A stretch of DNA of 64,000 bases from Naegleria gruberi (Eukaryota), in assembly GCA_000004985.1 (NCBI GenBank), contig GG738900.1; one strand, given 5' to 3'. The translations under genes and the position numbers were made by a program. Position 1 is the first letter of the stretch. Each line of letters opens with the position of its first letter. A model generated the notes under the pieces. The model was not told the origin of the DNA. It did not search any database and saw only the letters and a program-made list of their open reading frames with translations. Below, one piece after another: positions 1-11,134 of the stretch.

Positions 1-2
1 CA

Positions 3-815
3 GCATGGTTAAGAGCTATTGATAAAGTAATGACATTGAGTGCTTCCAAAGAAAAGCTAGCCCAACAGGCAACAGCAAGAAAGAGAAGTGTAGCTGTGAA
101 TGGTAACTCACCAACAAACCAACCAGAAAATATGTTTAAATTGGATTCATCAGAAAATAGTGGTCCAAAGAATATGGAAAATTCAACTGTAAATTCTTTT
201 GAAAAGGAGAAAATTGATAGACTTCAAAAACAAAAGGATGAATCTCTAATGATATTACAACAGATTGACTCTAATTTTGTAAAATTACTATCCTCAATTT
301 CAAATCTTAAACGAGAACTCGAATCTTCCACTCTTGAAACAGTCGAACCAAATCAAGAAACTAAGGAAGTAACTTCAACACCATCATCACGAAAGAAAAA
401 AGCAACTTCTAGTGACGATGATTTCTCAGATTCTGGATTTGATACTAGTGATTCAGAAAGCGAGAACGTTAAGCCAACCTTTGATCCAACAGCCATACTT
501 GCTCCTTCGACAGTAGCTGATTTGATGAACCCAGTCGAAAGATTGAAAGGATTAAAGTCAACAATGGAAAAGATGTATATAGAATTGGAAAATATCACTG
601 GAAAAGTGAAGAATGTACAACAGGATCAGGAGGATCTCATCAAACAAACCGAAACACAAATTCAAGAGTTTGAACAAGAAAATGAAGACCTCAGAAAGAG
701 AATTCAAGAATTAGAAACAGAAAATGAGGAATTAGGTCATCACAAGAAGCTTTTAATTAAGGAAGTTAAAAAGCTTCGAACTGAAACCTCACAGCCCCAG
801 ACACAACAACAATAA
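3..815 (+). CDS. 3' end of a coiled-coil protein (5'-partial, continues upstream of window)
   Basis: Frame is open from nt 3 with no stop before the listed M at 30; stop TAA at 813-815. Heptad-rich, E/K/L-rich C-terminus (…RKRIQELETENEELGHHKKLLIKEVKKLRTE). The residues AWLRAIDKVM at the window edge resemble the end of a PH-type domain, which is weak evidence. Confidence 0.55.
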   Translation, partial: AWLRAIDKVMTLSASKEKLAQQATARKRSVAVNGNSPTNQPENMFKLDSSENSGPKNMENSTVNSFEKEKIDRLQKQKDESLMILQQIDSNFVKLLSSISNLKRELESSTLETVEPNQETKEVTSTPSSRKKKATSSDDDFSDSGFDTSDSESENVKPTFDPTAILAPSTVADLMNPVERLKGLKSTMEKMYIELENITGKVKNVQQDQEDLIKQTETQIQEFEQENEDLRKRIQELETENEELGHHKKLLIKEVKKLRTETSQPQTQQQ

Positions 816-1068
816 ATAACACGTTTGAGAACTAATTTGGGGTTGTGAGGTTTCAGAATATTTGTTACTATAGAATTCAATTTTGGTGGACGTTAAATGC
901 TTCGTCATTTCTTATTACAGTTGAGGACAAACAAGCTTCACACAGAGCGTTAAATGCCACCAAAATTCTACAGTTACATCTTTAAAAAAAATACTCATTC
1001 TTTTCCTTACAAACCTTATTGATATTGATCGATCGTTATTTGCGAAAAACACTAGAGAATAAACGACG

Positions 1069-4000
1069 ATGTACGATGTTAATAAGGACGATAACAACAA
1101 ACGAAAGGCCTCTCCAACAAGAGATGCTCTCATGCAACAAAGGTTGGAACACTATAAAAAGTATAAAAACCTTTCGTCGGATGTAGATAGGGCTGATGAT
1201 CAAGGTAGTTTTATTGACGATGAAAACTTTCTTCCTGTAACACCCTCCCCTAAGAAGAGAATTGATACAGTAAAAGGAAGAGAAACACCAAGAGAGACTA
1301 CAAAGGAAACCCCAAAGCCTAGTATAACTCCAACTCCTTCCTCATCAAAGAAAGCTCACCCAAATATTCCAGTGCGGGAAAGTTTTCCTTCTCCATCCAT
1401 GAAGTCTTTGAAACAGACCTATGATAATAGTAAGCTTAAACAAGATGAAGAGATGCAGTCTCTACTAGATAAATTAAGGGAAGAAGGTGAACAAAGACAT
1501 CTTCAGCTAATCACTCTTAAGGAAAATGAAAAGGCCGAGTTTGAACAAAGAATTATGAAGAAGGCTGAAGATATTATCACCAAACATAAGGAACAATCCC
1601 AAAGAGCCCAAGAAGAAGTGTACAGAAAGGCCGAAGAGCTTATGAAGAAATATAAAGAAATGGCATCTTTCGCTGGAAAAGAAGTTGAAAAACTAAAGGA
1701 AGAAATGGCAAATCAAAAACTTCTCTATGAAAGAGATTTTCTTGAAAAGCAAGAAGCTGCTAGAAAAGTGGCCGAAGAAGAATATCAACTTAAGGTTCGA
1801 CAATATCAACTCCAAATAGAAGATCTTCAAAAAAAGAACTATTTGCAAAGAGTTGAAATGAGTAAGAATATTGACGAAAGAGCAGAACTTCTCCGAAAAA
1901 GAGCTGAAGATGCTGAAGCTAAGTTGTTAGAAGAAATGGCCAGATTTCAAGAAAAGGAAGTTGAGTTCAGAAGTGAAATTGACTCCCTTAACAAATCATT
2001 ACCATTATTAGCACAACAAAAAGCCGATGATTTAATGAGAGACTACAATCTCAATATTAAGAAGAAAGATTTTGTTCTTAGACAAGAGCAAGATAATCTT
2101 TTGAAGGAAAGAGAGAAAGAACTCAAAAACGAATACGAACAATTAAAGAAAGAATTGGAAGAAGCCAAACTTGAAAATGAAGAGAAAAAGAATCTAGAGT
2201 TCAAGAGGCTTCGTGACAAGATGGACAATGAAAAGAAGGTTTTCGAAGAAACTGTTAACGCTAGGTTTGAAAAGATGAAGAGTCAATTAGAGGCAGAAGT
2301 TGAATCGAAGAAGGATGAACTTCGACTCAAGGAAATGATGTTGAGAGATGAACTCGATAAGGCTAGATTAGATCTTTCTCACAAGGTCATTAGTGAAAAG
2401 AAGGACTTTGAAAATGATATTTTCATGAAGACTAAATCCATGATTATGGAATTTGAAAAGCAACTCGAAAAGAAAGGTGAAGTGCAGTCTGATGACCAAA
2501 AGAAACAACTTGCCAACATTTCTCGTGATGCTCTTGACAAATTAAGAGTTGAAAAAGAGGAAAGAACTCTTTTTGAAAAACAAGCAATGGAAAAGGCAAT
2601 GAATGTTATCAAGGAATTCGAAGAAAAGATGAAGAAAGAATCCGATAGAATCACTCAAGAAAAGCTTAGAGATGTTGAAGAACAAGCCAGAAGAGACAGA
2701 GAAAGAACCGAGGAAGAAGCTAAAAAGAGAAGAGAGTTCGAAGAAGATATCAAATCAAAGTATGAGATATTTAAGGAAGAATACAAACGAAACTTGGATA
2801 GAGAGCTCTTGGAAAAGAAGAGAGAAATTGATTTAGAATTTGCCAAAAAAGAAGAAGAGTTTGAAAAAGAAATGCATGAGCAAAGAAATAACATTAAACT
2901 CCAAGAAAAAGATCTTCTGAGAAAGGTAGAAGGAATCAAACACGAAAAATTACAAGAATCAATTAATCATATTGAACAACTTAGAGGTGATTTGTACAGT
3001 CAGTGGGAAAGAATTTCCAAGGAGGAAGGTAAACGTGTTCTTGAAGAAAAGGATAAAAATCAAAGGGAAATTGAAGATATGAGACGAAGATATGAAGAAA
3101 AATTAAACCTCATTAGAATGACTACTAATAGAGAAATTGATGAAGTAAGAAAGTCTCACCAAGAACTTGAAACAAAGCTGAAGTTCGACTATGAGGAAAG
3201 AGTTCAAAAATTGAATGACGAAAAGAGATTCCTTGAAAAGGAAATGCAAACCAAGATAATAGATAAGAGAAAGGAACTTGAAGAACAATTCGAAAGAAAA
3301 CTTGAAGAAGCAAAGAAAACTTTGGAGTCCTCATTAGAACGTAGGGATAGTGATGTAAAACTCAAGAAGGAAGAAATTGAATACGAAAAACTTTCCTTTG
3401 AAAGAAAGATTAGAGAGGATTACGATACTAGAATTAGAGAAATATCTACCCAATTTGAGAAGAGACAAAAAGAATATCAAGAAAATGAAATTGAGTTGAG
3501 AAGAAAACTCGAACAAGAAAAGATTGAACTTCAAAAGTTAATGGAAGATGAAAAGATGAAATACCAAGAAAGAGTTAGAATCGAAAATGAAAAGATTTTA
3601 AGAGAAAAAGAAAAATTGTTCAAAGAAGAAAAGGAAAAGATAATTGCCCAAACCGAGGAACGTGTTCAAAGTATCAGAAAGGAAACACAAGACAGCCTTT
3701 TCAATAACGACTCAAAGAGGGGTGAATATGAAAATAGTATACGAGACAATTATAGTAAGATGTTCAGAGAAAAGGAACAATATTATCTTACACAAGTTGA
3801 ATCATTAAAACAAACTCTCAAGACACAGAGAGAGGAATATGAGAACAAACTCAATGAAACAGAATTGTCACTAAGAAAGGAAAGAGATGAGGTTGATAGA
3901 CAAATGACTGAAAAGTACAATAGACTTGTTGAACAAATGAATGGCGACTCTAAGAGAGAAACCCATAAGAGAATGCAACAAGAAATTGAATTTGAAAGTG

Positions 4001-7000
4001 AAAAACTTCAATTTGAGATTAAACTTAAGAAGCAATTGGAAGATGAAAGAAAGAAGATGGAAGACAGAATTCATGAAAAGTTCCAAATGGCAGCTGAAGA
4101 AACAGAAACTCATTACAATGATATCATTAGAAATTTGAAAAATAGACTTGATGAAGAAAAGTCTATTATTGATTCAATGGGTAAGAGAGAAAAGGAACTT
4201 CAGAGAATGTATGAAGAAAAATTGCTTGATACCCAAAGACAAACAGAGTTTGCTAAAATGCAATATGAGGAAGAGTCCAAGATGAGATATACACATCTTC
4301 TTCAAGAATATACTCTCAAGGTAAGACAAGAGTTACTTGAGAAGGAAAAGAAGGAAAGAGAGGAAAGACAGAAAGAAATGGAAGAGTTGAACGCCAAGTT
4401 GGTTAGAATGGAAGAAGACAAGAGACTCTTCGAACAAGATGCTAGAGAAAGAGCTCTAGAACTTGTGAAAAAGGTTGAGGAAGATGCCAGAAGAGAAAAG
4501 CAGAAATTGGAAACATACTATAATGACCTTATTAGAAAGCTTCATGAAGAAAAGACCCTGTACAAGCAAGAAGTTGATGAACATTTGAGAATCAAGGAAA
4601 AGGAATTAAGAGCAAGCGTTGACACACTTAGAGTAAAGCTAGAACATGCAACAGATGCTAGAATCTTGGAAGTGAACGAAATTCTTGAAAAAGAACGAAA
4701 CAGATTCATGAAAGAAATGAATGACAGAGCATTGAGAGAAAAGGAGGACAGAATTGTATTTGAAAAGCATCTTCGTGAGGAGATGGAAAATGAATTCCAA
4801 CAAAGAGCCTCAATTGTTGCAGCAAATATTAAACTACAAACAGAAGAAATTGAAAGAAGAATGTATGAAACTGAAAATAATGAAAGAAATAGAATTAGAA
4901 TATTTGAAGAAAGAAGAAAAGCTTATGAGGAAGAAATTCGTGCCAAATACAATATGATTATGAGTCAAGTTGAAGAAGAACAAGAAAAGAATCTTCAAAC
5001 TGTAAAGAAAGAAATTGAAGAAGAAAGAGACCTACTCACTAAGAGACAGAATGAACTTCAAAAGCAGTTCGACTTGGTCACTATTTCTTATGAAAAGACT
5101 ATCAGAGAAAAGTATGATTCTTTGAGACAAGAACAAGATCAAAGATATAAAGATATGCTCAAACAAAAGGATTTCCAATACCAAACCGAAATTGAAGATA
5201 TGAAGAAATCAAGATCTAAGGAGGTAGAATCAATTGAAAGAGACAAGCTTGAATTTGAATCTCGATTGAGAGAAAAGTATAACCTGTTAGAAAGAGAATT
5301 GGAAGGAAAGTATATTGCCCTTCTTTCTGAAGCAGAAAATAGATACAAGAAGGATAAGCAAAAGTTAGAAACTGAAATAGACAAACTCAGAAATGAATTG
5401 CAAATTATGGATTCTCAAAGACTTGAGTATGAGCAACAAACTAGAAGAAGATATGAGGAAATTTTGGAAAAAGAAAGAAATGAAATCCTTAAAGATAAAT
5501 CTCAAATGGAAAAACAATTTAAGAAGGAAATCGATTCTAATATTGAATTATTCAACGAGAGACAAAGAATACTCGAAAAGAGCAAGTTGGATTATGAAGA
5601 GTCTGTTAGAAATAAGTACATGAGAATTTCTGAAGAAAAAGAGAATCAATTAAAGGCCGATCACGAAAGCCAAAAGATGGCGGATCAAAAGAAGTGGGCT
5701 GAAAGACAGGATGAATGGCTTCAAAAGGAGAGAGAATTCGAAACCAAGATTATTCAATATGAAGATCAAATCAAGAATAAGTATGAAGTTATTATCATGG
5801 ATAATCTCAACAAGACGCAAGCTGAAATGAGAAAGCTTAGATCTCAATTAGATGAAGAAAAGAATGCACTTCTCCAACAATTAACAGAAAAAGAAAGAGA
5901 TTTGAATGCTAAATATCAAAGATTTGAAAGAGATTGCAAATCTAACTTTGAAAAAGAAAAGAGAGAATTGATTGCTCACCATGACTCTGTTATTGAAGAA
6001 CTGAAGAAGGCTCTTGAGCAAGATAGAGCAACTTTGCAAAAGGCAGCCCAAGAAAACAGCTTGGAAATGGAAAGAAGATTGATTTCTCACGAAGAAAATA
6101 TTAGAAAACAATACGAAGATAGATATGTAGAGTTGGATGGAGTTCTTCGCAAAGCCATTGAAGATAGAGAACTACAACTACAAAACGAATGGAATAACAG
6201 ATTTGTTAAGGAACAAGAGAGAATGAATACTAATGATCTAGCAAGAATTGAGTTTGAAGATAGAACAAGAGACTACTTCTTCCAATTATTCAATAACAAG
6301 CAAGCTGCTATGGAGCTCCAAATTAATGAAGAAAAAATGAAATTAGAAAAGGAAAGAGAACAAATGAATATTGCTCTTTCAGACAGAATTCAAGAAATTA
6401 GACAAGAAAAGATTGCCTATGAAGCTGAAATTAGAGAGAAATATAATTCTCTCATCCAAAAGGTCCAAGAGGAAATTAATGTCATGTTAAAGGAAAGAGT
6501 TGAGACCGAAAAATCTGAATGGGTAGCCAGAGAGCAAACCTTCATTGAAAGAGAAACTGAATTACACAGGGAAAGAATCAAATCCGAAGAAGATACTAGA
6601 CAAAAACTTGATCAACTTTTGGATTTGGAAAAGAAAAAGTGTAATGAAATCATTGAAACCCTCCAACAAAAGATTAATGAGGAAAGACATTTGGAAAAGG
6701 TTGAGCTTTCAGAAAAGGAAAGAAAATTGGAGGAATACAAGATTGATTATGAACATGTTGTCAGAGAAAAGTACAACATTATCTTGGAAGATGCTCAAAA
6801 GCACTACAAGACAATGATTGAAGAAGCCACTGATAATTTCAATTCTGAACATGACAAACTCATCAAGGAATTCATTAAAAGAAAAGAAGAACAAGATGGT
6901 GAATTACTTGTCTTACAAAATCAATATAGAAAGGAAATCGAAGATCAGCTTATCAAGTTCCAAGAAATACACACCCAAACAATCAAGATGAAGGAAGAAC

Positions 7001-8988
7001 AATTCCATCTTGAACTTGAGGCTGTATCAGAGTCAATCAGAGAAAAGACTTTGGCAAATGACCTTGCTAGAATTGAATATGAAGAGTATGCCAAGAAGAA
7101 GTTTGAAGAAAATATCAAAGAAGAGCTCCAAAGAATTAAACTCATGGAAGAAAATATTAAGGACCGTATGAGAAAGGATTTGGAAGAAAGAGAAAGAAAA
7201 CGCATTGAAGATAGAAAATCCTTTGATGTTGAAAAGGATATCCTTGAACAAAAGATTAGATCCAAATATGAAAAGATTGCAGAAGAACAAGAAAGAGTTC
7301 ATGTTGCCCGTATAGAACAAATACAGGCTATGGTAGATCAAGAAAGAGATAATCTCGAAAGAAGAGACATTGAAAGAAAACAATTAGCTAGAGAACAAGC
7401 TGCCGAGTCTGAAGAAAAAATGAGAAAGTCTTTTGATGAAAAATTCAAACAACTAGTGGAAGAATATGAAAACAAGATTAGACAAAAGGATAGAGAAATG
7501 GTAGCTGAAAAGGATAAATTCAGTGAAGATATGAGAAAGAGAGAAGCTGAAATTACTCAAATCACAGCCGATTTAGATGAGCAAATATCTCAAAAATACA
7601 AGAAGATTCTTGACCAATCAGAAGAAGCAATTAGAAGAGAATTTGAAGTTAATGAAATGCACTTTAAGGCCGATCTCAATAAGAGGTTCGAAGATCAAAT
7701 TAGAGAACTTGAAATTGCTTCACGTATTGAACAACAAAAATACGAAGAAGATATCCAACTTAGATATGAAAGTAGAGTTAAATCTGTTGACGAAAAGTGG
7801 AGAAGTGAATTAGACATTCTCAAGAAGTTCCATGATGAAGAGATTACCAAGCTTCATGACGAAAGTAGACAACAAAGACTATTAGAACAAGAAAATAGAA
7901 CTCAATACGAGCTTGCAGTAAGAGATCAATACTTCACTAAGCAAAAGGAATTGGAGAATGAACATATCGAAATTATTCAAAGCATTAGAAAAGAAGAGGA
8001 AGAAAATAGATCCAAACTAAATGGTCTTTTAGAAGAAGAAATTCAAAGAGTCAAAGACTCTGTTTATCAAGAGAAGCTTGAAATTGAAAAGAGTTATGAC
8101 AAGAAGCTTGACGCTGTCAAAAAGTGTTTTGATGTTGATATTGCTGAAATTAAAAAGCAATTCCAAGAAAAATCCACTGTCATGGATCTTGCAAAGCTAG
8201 ATTTTGAACAAAAAACCAAAGCTAAATATGAAAAGATTCTGGCCGAAGTTCAATCCTCTTTAGAAAAGAAGTTGGATGACAGAAATAAGGAAATTGAAGA
8301 AGCTAGAAAGCAAATGCAACAAGAGAGAATGAATTATGAACTCCTAGTTAGAGAGAAGTATAATGAAACTCTGAAAGAAAAAGAAAAGCAAATGGAAGAA
8401 ATCCTTAAAGAAAGAGAAATGCTTCTCCTTGATGATGATCAAAGAAGAAATCTTGCCTCCTTAGAAAAGGAAAGAAGATTAGAACAAATGAGAATTGAAA
8501 AGGAAGAAGAAATGAGAGCCAGATTTGAAAAACAAACAGAAGAAATTAGAGAATACAGTAAAGCACAAATAGAAGAAACAATCAAACAACTTGAACTCGA
8601 AAGAAATAAGAAGGAAGAAACTGAAAAAGAAATTATGAAACTCCAACAACAAATTGCTAGTATGCAACATAGTATGGATATGTGGAAATTAGAATATCAC
8701 AAGACCACAACATTGAAATTCAAGAAATTAATGAGCGAAGTTGAGCTCAAAGCCAAACGTGAAATGGAAGAATTTGCCAGACAACAATTAGAAGAAGAAG
8801 AGAGAAGATTAACTCAAGAATTGAGAAAGAAAGATGAAGAATTGAGAAAACATAAACAAATGGAAGAAGAATTGCAGCTCAAGACCATGGAACAGCAACA
8901 ACCAAAGAGAACTCAACCTGGTGAATTTTCTGATAGTACCAGTGAAAAGAACTTCCCAATCAAAAAGGGACTCAGAAACTTTAAATAA
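1069..8988 (+). CDS. Giant K/E/R-rich coiled-coil protein, 2639 aa, single exon
   Basis: Uninterrupted 7.9 kb ORF from ATG at 1069 to TAA at 8986-8988. The N-terminal ~110 aa are S/T-P rich (SPKKR, TPKP). The rest is almost entirely heptad-like E/K/R/L sequence. A sub-motif of the form (I/L/V)R(E/A/S/N)KY(N/D/E)x(I/L)… recurs at least 14 times (IREKYNSLIQ, VREKYNIILED, LREKYNLLERE, IRAKYNMIMSQ, VRNKYMRISEE, IKNKYEVIIMD, IRSKYEKIAEE, VREKYNETLKE …). No motor or other globular domain was recognised. Antisense ORFs in this interval are S/F/L-rich complements of the AAG/GAA-rich strand. Confidence 0.85.
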   Translation: MYDVNKDDNNKRKASPTRDALMQQRLEHYKKYKNLSSDVDRADDQGSFIDDENFLPVTPSPKKRIDTVKGRETPRETTKETPKPSITPTPSSSKKAHPNIPVRESFPSPSMKSLKQTYDNSKLKQDEEMQSLLDKLREEGEQRHLQLITLKENEKAEFEQRIMKKAEDIITKHKEQSQRAQEEVYRKAEELMKKYKEMASFAGKEVEKLKEEMANQKLLYERDFLEKQEAARKVAEEEYQLKVRQYQLQIEDLQKKNYLQRVEMSKNIDERAELLRKRAEDAEAKLLEEMARFQEKEVEFRSEIDSLNKSLPLLAQQKADDLMRDYNLNIKKKDFVLRQEQDNLLKEREKELKNEYEQLKKELEEAKLENEEKKNLEFKRLRDKMDNEKKVFEETVNARFEKMKSQLEAEVESKKDELRLKEMMLRDELDKARLDLSHKVISEKKDFENDIFMKTKSMIMEFEKQLEKKGEVQSDDQKKQLANISRDALDKLRVEKEERTLFEKQAMEKAMNVIKEFEEKMKKESDRITQEKLRDVEEQARRDRERTEEEAKKRREFEEDIKSKYEIFKEEYKRNLDRELLEKKREIDLEFAKKEEEFEKEMHEQRNNIKLQEKDLLRKVEGIKHEKLQESINHIEQLRGDLYSQWERISKEEGKRVLEEKDKNQREIEDMRRRYEEKLNLIRMTTNREIDEVRKSHQELETKLKFDYEERVQKLNDEKRFLEKEMQTKIIDKRKELEEQFERKLEEAKKTLESSLERRDSDVKLKKEEIEYEKLSFERKIREDYDTRIREISTQFEKRQKEYQENEIELRRKLEQEKIELQKLMEDEKMKYQERVRIENEKILREKEKLFKEEKEKIIAQTEERVQSIRKETQDSLFNNDSKRGEYENSIRDNYSKMFREKEQYYLTQVESLKQTLKTQREEYENKLNETELSLRKERDEVDRQMTEKYNRLVEQMNGDSKRETHKRMQQEIEFESEKLQFEIKLKKQLEDERKKMEDRIHEKFQMAAEETETHYNDIIRNLKNRLDEEKSIIDSMGKREKELQRMYEEKLLDTQRQTEFAKMQYEEESKMRYTHLLQEYTLKVRQELLEKEKKEREERQKEMEELNAKLVRMEEDKRLFEQDARERALELVKKVEEDARREKQKLETYYNDLIRKLHEEKTLYKQEVDEHLRIKEKELRASVDTLRVKLEHATDARILEVNEILEKERNRFMKEMNDRALREKEDRIVFEKHLREEMENEFQQRASIVAANIKLQTEEIERRMYETENNERNRIRIFEERRKAYEEEIRAKYNMIMSQVEEEQEKNLQTVKKEIEEERDLLTKRQNELQKQFDLVTISYEKTIREKYDSLRQEQDQRYKDMLKQKDFQYQTEIEDMKKSRSKEVESIERDKLEFESRLREKYNLLERELEGKYIALLSEAENRYKKDKQKLETEIDKLRNELQIMDSQRLEYEQQTRRRYEEILEKERNEILKDKSQMEKQFKKEIDSNIELFNERQRILEKSKLDYEESVRNKYMRISEEKENQLKADHESQKMADQKKWAERQDEWLQKEREFETKIIQYEDQIKNKYEVIIMDNLNKTQAEMRKLRSQLDEEKNALLQQLTEKERDLNAKYQRFERDCKSNFEKEKRELIAHHDSVIEELKKALEQDRATLQKAAQENSLEMERRLISHEENIRKQYEDRYVELDGVLRKAIEDRELQLQNEWNNRFVKEQERMNTNDLARIEFEDRTRDYFFQLFNNKQAAMELQINEEKMKLEKEREQMNIALSDRIQEIRQEKIAYEAEIREKYNSLIQKVQEEINVMLKERVETEKSEWVAREQTFIERETELHRERIKSEEDTRQKLDQLLDLEKKKCNEIIETLQQKINEERHLEKVELSEKERKLEEYKIDYEHVVREKYNIILEDAQKHYKTMIEEATDNFNSEHDKLIKEFIKRKEEQDGELLVLQNQYRKEIEDQLIKFQEIHTQTIKMKEEQFHLELEAVSESIREKTLANDLARIEYEEYAKKKFEENIKEELQRIKLMEENIKDRMRKDLEERERKRIEDRKSFDVEKDILEQKIRSKYEKIAEEQERVHVARIEQIQAMVDQERDNLERRDIERKQLAREQAAESEEKMRKSFDEKFKQLVEEYENKIRQKDREMVAEKDKFSEDMRKREAEITQITADLDEQISQKYKKILDQSEEAIRREFEVNEMHFKADLNKRFEDQIRELEIASRIEQQKYEEDIQLRYESRVKSVDEKWRSELDILKKFHDEEITKLHDESRQQRLLEQENRTQYELAVRDQYFTKQKELENEHIEIIQSIRKEEEENRSKLNGLLEEEIQRVKDSVYQEKLEIEKSYDKKLDAVKKCFDVDIAEIKKQFQEKSTVMDLAKLDFEQKTKAKYEKILAEVQSSLEKKLDDRNKEIEEARKQMQQERMNYELLVREKYNETLKEKEKQMEEILKEREMLLLDDDQRRNLASLEKERRLEQMRIEKEEEMRARFEKQTEEIREYSKAQIEETIKQLELERNKKEETEKEIMKLQQQIASMQHSMDMWKLEYHKTTTLKFKKLMSEVELKAKREMEEFARQQLEEEERRLTQELRKKDEELRKHKQMEEELQLKTMEQQQPKRTQPGEFSDSTSEKNFPIKKGLRNFK

Positions 8989-9072
8989 CTTGTAAAATAT
9001 GTAAATTGTGTGAATAAATGAATAGATAATTCTTAACACAATTCTTCACGCCAATTTTACATTTTAAAAAAA

Positions 9073-11046
9073 ATGCCAAAAGAGAGACCTCCGACAATCG
9101 ACACCTCTCGACCTTCAACATCAGAGGCCACAAAGAATGATCAATCATCACCTACAAATAACACTACAAGGAGAAAATTAAAGAGGTCTAAAGTTGTTGC
9201 AACTCCAACAAGCTCGAGCGAAGAAACTCCACAATTCCCATCATCGGAAGCAATAACAAATGAACAAGTAAATACAACAAAACAACAAGATGAACCAACA
9301 ACAAAAGAACCAATAACTCCTGTAACACCTTCCGAGCAAAAAACAACAAGAAAAAGGAAATTCCATAAAAAAGAAGTTGAAACACCCACAACACCACAAA
9401 CTACGGAAGTTAAACAACCCATAATCTCACCATCAGAAGCTAAGGAACAACCTAAGCCAGTAGTACAGGAAGAAACAAAACCTCCTCCAAGCAGTAAAAT
9501 AGATAATCCAGTAGTGGATAATACTCCAACATCAACACTAACACCACCAGTCCAACAAGTTCCAAAATCTACAAGGAGAACATCAAAAAAGCCCAAGGAA
9601 ATCAAGAAAGTGACAACACCAGTTGTAGAACAGCCGAAAGCGATAAAAGAAACAAAGGGGACTAATCCTAAGCAAGAAACAAATAATAGTAATGCTAGTG
9701 ACAAACAGCCAGAATTAATTACAAGAATTTTGAAACGTCACGAAAATAGCAAGTTACAAAATGTGGAAAAACCTGTGCCAAAAAGTGTACCAAAAGAGGA
9801 AAGTGATGAGGAAGTAATGAATGTGGATAGCTTGGAATTAGATGATGAAATGAGTGATGAGGAAGAAGTAAAACCAACAAGAAACCTGAGGAGGAATTCG
9901 GAAAAACAAGCCAAAAAACCAATTTCTGAACCGATTAAAAAAGAGGCACCCAAAAAGCCAATCAGTGTACCATTAAGCGAGGAAAAATCAAAACCTTTAC
10001 CAACCGAGGATAAGAAACGAAAAGTTTCAGAGACCATTCCAAAGGAAAAAGAAGTGTTGGAAAAAAAGGAATCCAAACCTGAAACTGTTACTGTTGCTGA
10101 TGAACCTGCCAAAACTGTTGAACCAGAAACAAAAAAGCCAAAGCTCACCGAAACCACTCCAACAAACTCCTCCTCTAGACCTAGTGAAACAGTTGCACCA
10201 AAAAAACAACCAGAAACTCAACCATTAATGGAAAAAGAAATTCAAAAAGTTGAGCCACCTCAAAAACCTAAGGAAGAACCTTCTTCAGCAAAAGTTTCTT
10301 CAACTGTAACAAAGGAGAAAGATCACTCAGTTACTCAGCCGAGTAGTACAACTATTACAACCAACAACTCAAACTCGTCTGGAAAGGAAATTTCTAAAAT
10401 TCCAAAGAAGAGAATTGAATCATCTCAACCATCCCAATCTGGTCAAACTAATAATTTGCCTCAACCACAACAAACCCATCCAGAACCTTCAAATCAATCC
10501 CACAATAACCATTCACAACCTCATAGCCAAAGTAACAATTCCCACCAAGCACAATCAGATCATTATCACAATAGAGAAAATAGAGAAAACAGAGATCACA
10601 GAGATAATAGAGAAAATAGAGATCATAGACACGAAAATGATTACTTTAGATTCAGATATCGAGATCCAGAGCAAGAAAGATATAGAAGGGAGTCAAGCCT
10701 TAAACTTCCACGCTTGAAAATCCAATACGAAGATACTTTCTATGAAGCTGCAAAGGATTTAATAGTAGAACAATATGGTTCCAACAAACCAAAACAGACT
10801 TCTATCAATCCAATTGTACCACATCCAACTTTACCACCAAAAGAACAATTAGTATACGAAATTGTTTATGCCAAGGTAGCTCTGGTGGTTAAATTGAAAG
10901 AAGAAGAAAAGCGAACGATTAGTCAAAAACTAGTTCAAAAAATTGCTCCACAAGAGACAATGGAAACTCTCAAACATGAATCCAGCAAAGGGAAAATTGA
11001 AAATTATGTTGACAAGTATTTGAGGGAGAAGAAGCTAATTCAATAA
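9073..11046 (+). CDS. Low-complexity K/P/T/S/E-rich protein with a small C-terminal globular region, 657 aa
   Basis: ATG at 9073, TAA at 11044-46. Long disordered region with TPxx and KKPK repeats and an HNRENRENRDHRDNRENRDHRHEN repeat, then a non-repetitive C-terminal ~130 aa (…LVYEIVYAKVALVVKLKEEEKRTISQKLVQK…). A poly(A)-signal-like AATAAA lies between this gene and the upstream one. Confidence 0.7.
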   Translation: MPKERPPTIDTSRPSTSEATKNDQSSPTNNTTRRKLKRSKVVATPTSSSEETPQFPSSEAITNEQVNTTKQQDEPTTKEPITPVTPSEQKTTRKRKFHKKEVETPTTPQTTEVKQPIISPSEAKEQPKPVVQEETKPPPSSKIDNPVVDNTPTSTLTPPVQQVPKSTRRTSKKPKEIKKVTTPVVEQPKAIKETKGTNPKQETNNSNASDKQPELITRILKRHENSKLQNVEKPVPKSVPKEESDEEVMNVDSLELDDEMSDEEEVKPTRNLRRNSEKQAKKPISEPIKKEAPKKPISVPLSEEKSKPLPTEDKKRKVSETIPKEKEVLEKKESKPETVTVADEPAKTVEPETKKPKLTETTPTNSSSRPSETVAPKKQPETQPLMEKEIQKVEPPQKPKEEPSSAKVSSTVTKEKDHSVTQPSSTTITTNNSNSSGKEISKIPKKRIESSQPSQSGQTNNLPQPQQTHPEPSNQSHNNHSQPHSQSNNSHQAQSDHYHNRENRENRDHRDNRENRDHRHENDYFRFRYRDPEQERYRRESSLKLPRLKIQYEDTFYEAAKDLIVEQYGSNKPKQTSINPIVPHPTLPPKEQLVYEIVYAKVALVVKLKEEEKRTISQKLVQKIAPQETMETLKHESSKGKIENYVDKYLREKKLIQ

Positions 11047-11134
11047 ATTTTGGTATTTATAAATTTCATCGTAAAATCAACTTGATAAATCAAGAAGAAA
11101 ATTATTCATCCTAGAATTACTACAATTTAATCGT

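Noticed and set aside
2043-7383. Many minus-strand ORFs (61–116 aa) inside the giant coiled-coil gene, e.g. 2043..2228, 2379..2939, 3103..3534, 6945..7383
   Set aside because: They translate to S/F/L-rich strings (FFSSF, LSLS). That is the reverse-complement signature of a GAA/AAG/AGA-rich coding strand, not genes.
9141-10221. Antisense and alternate-frame ORFs within the 9073..11046 gene (9141..9704, 9738..10157 and others)
   Set aside because: They are fully nested in a longer sense ORF with a coherent protein and have V/G/S/F-rich antisense composition. Chance open frames.
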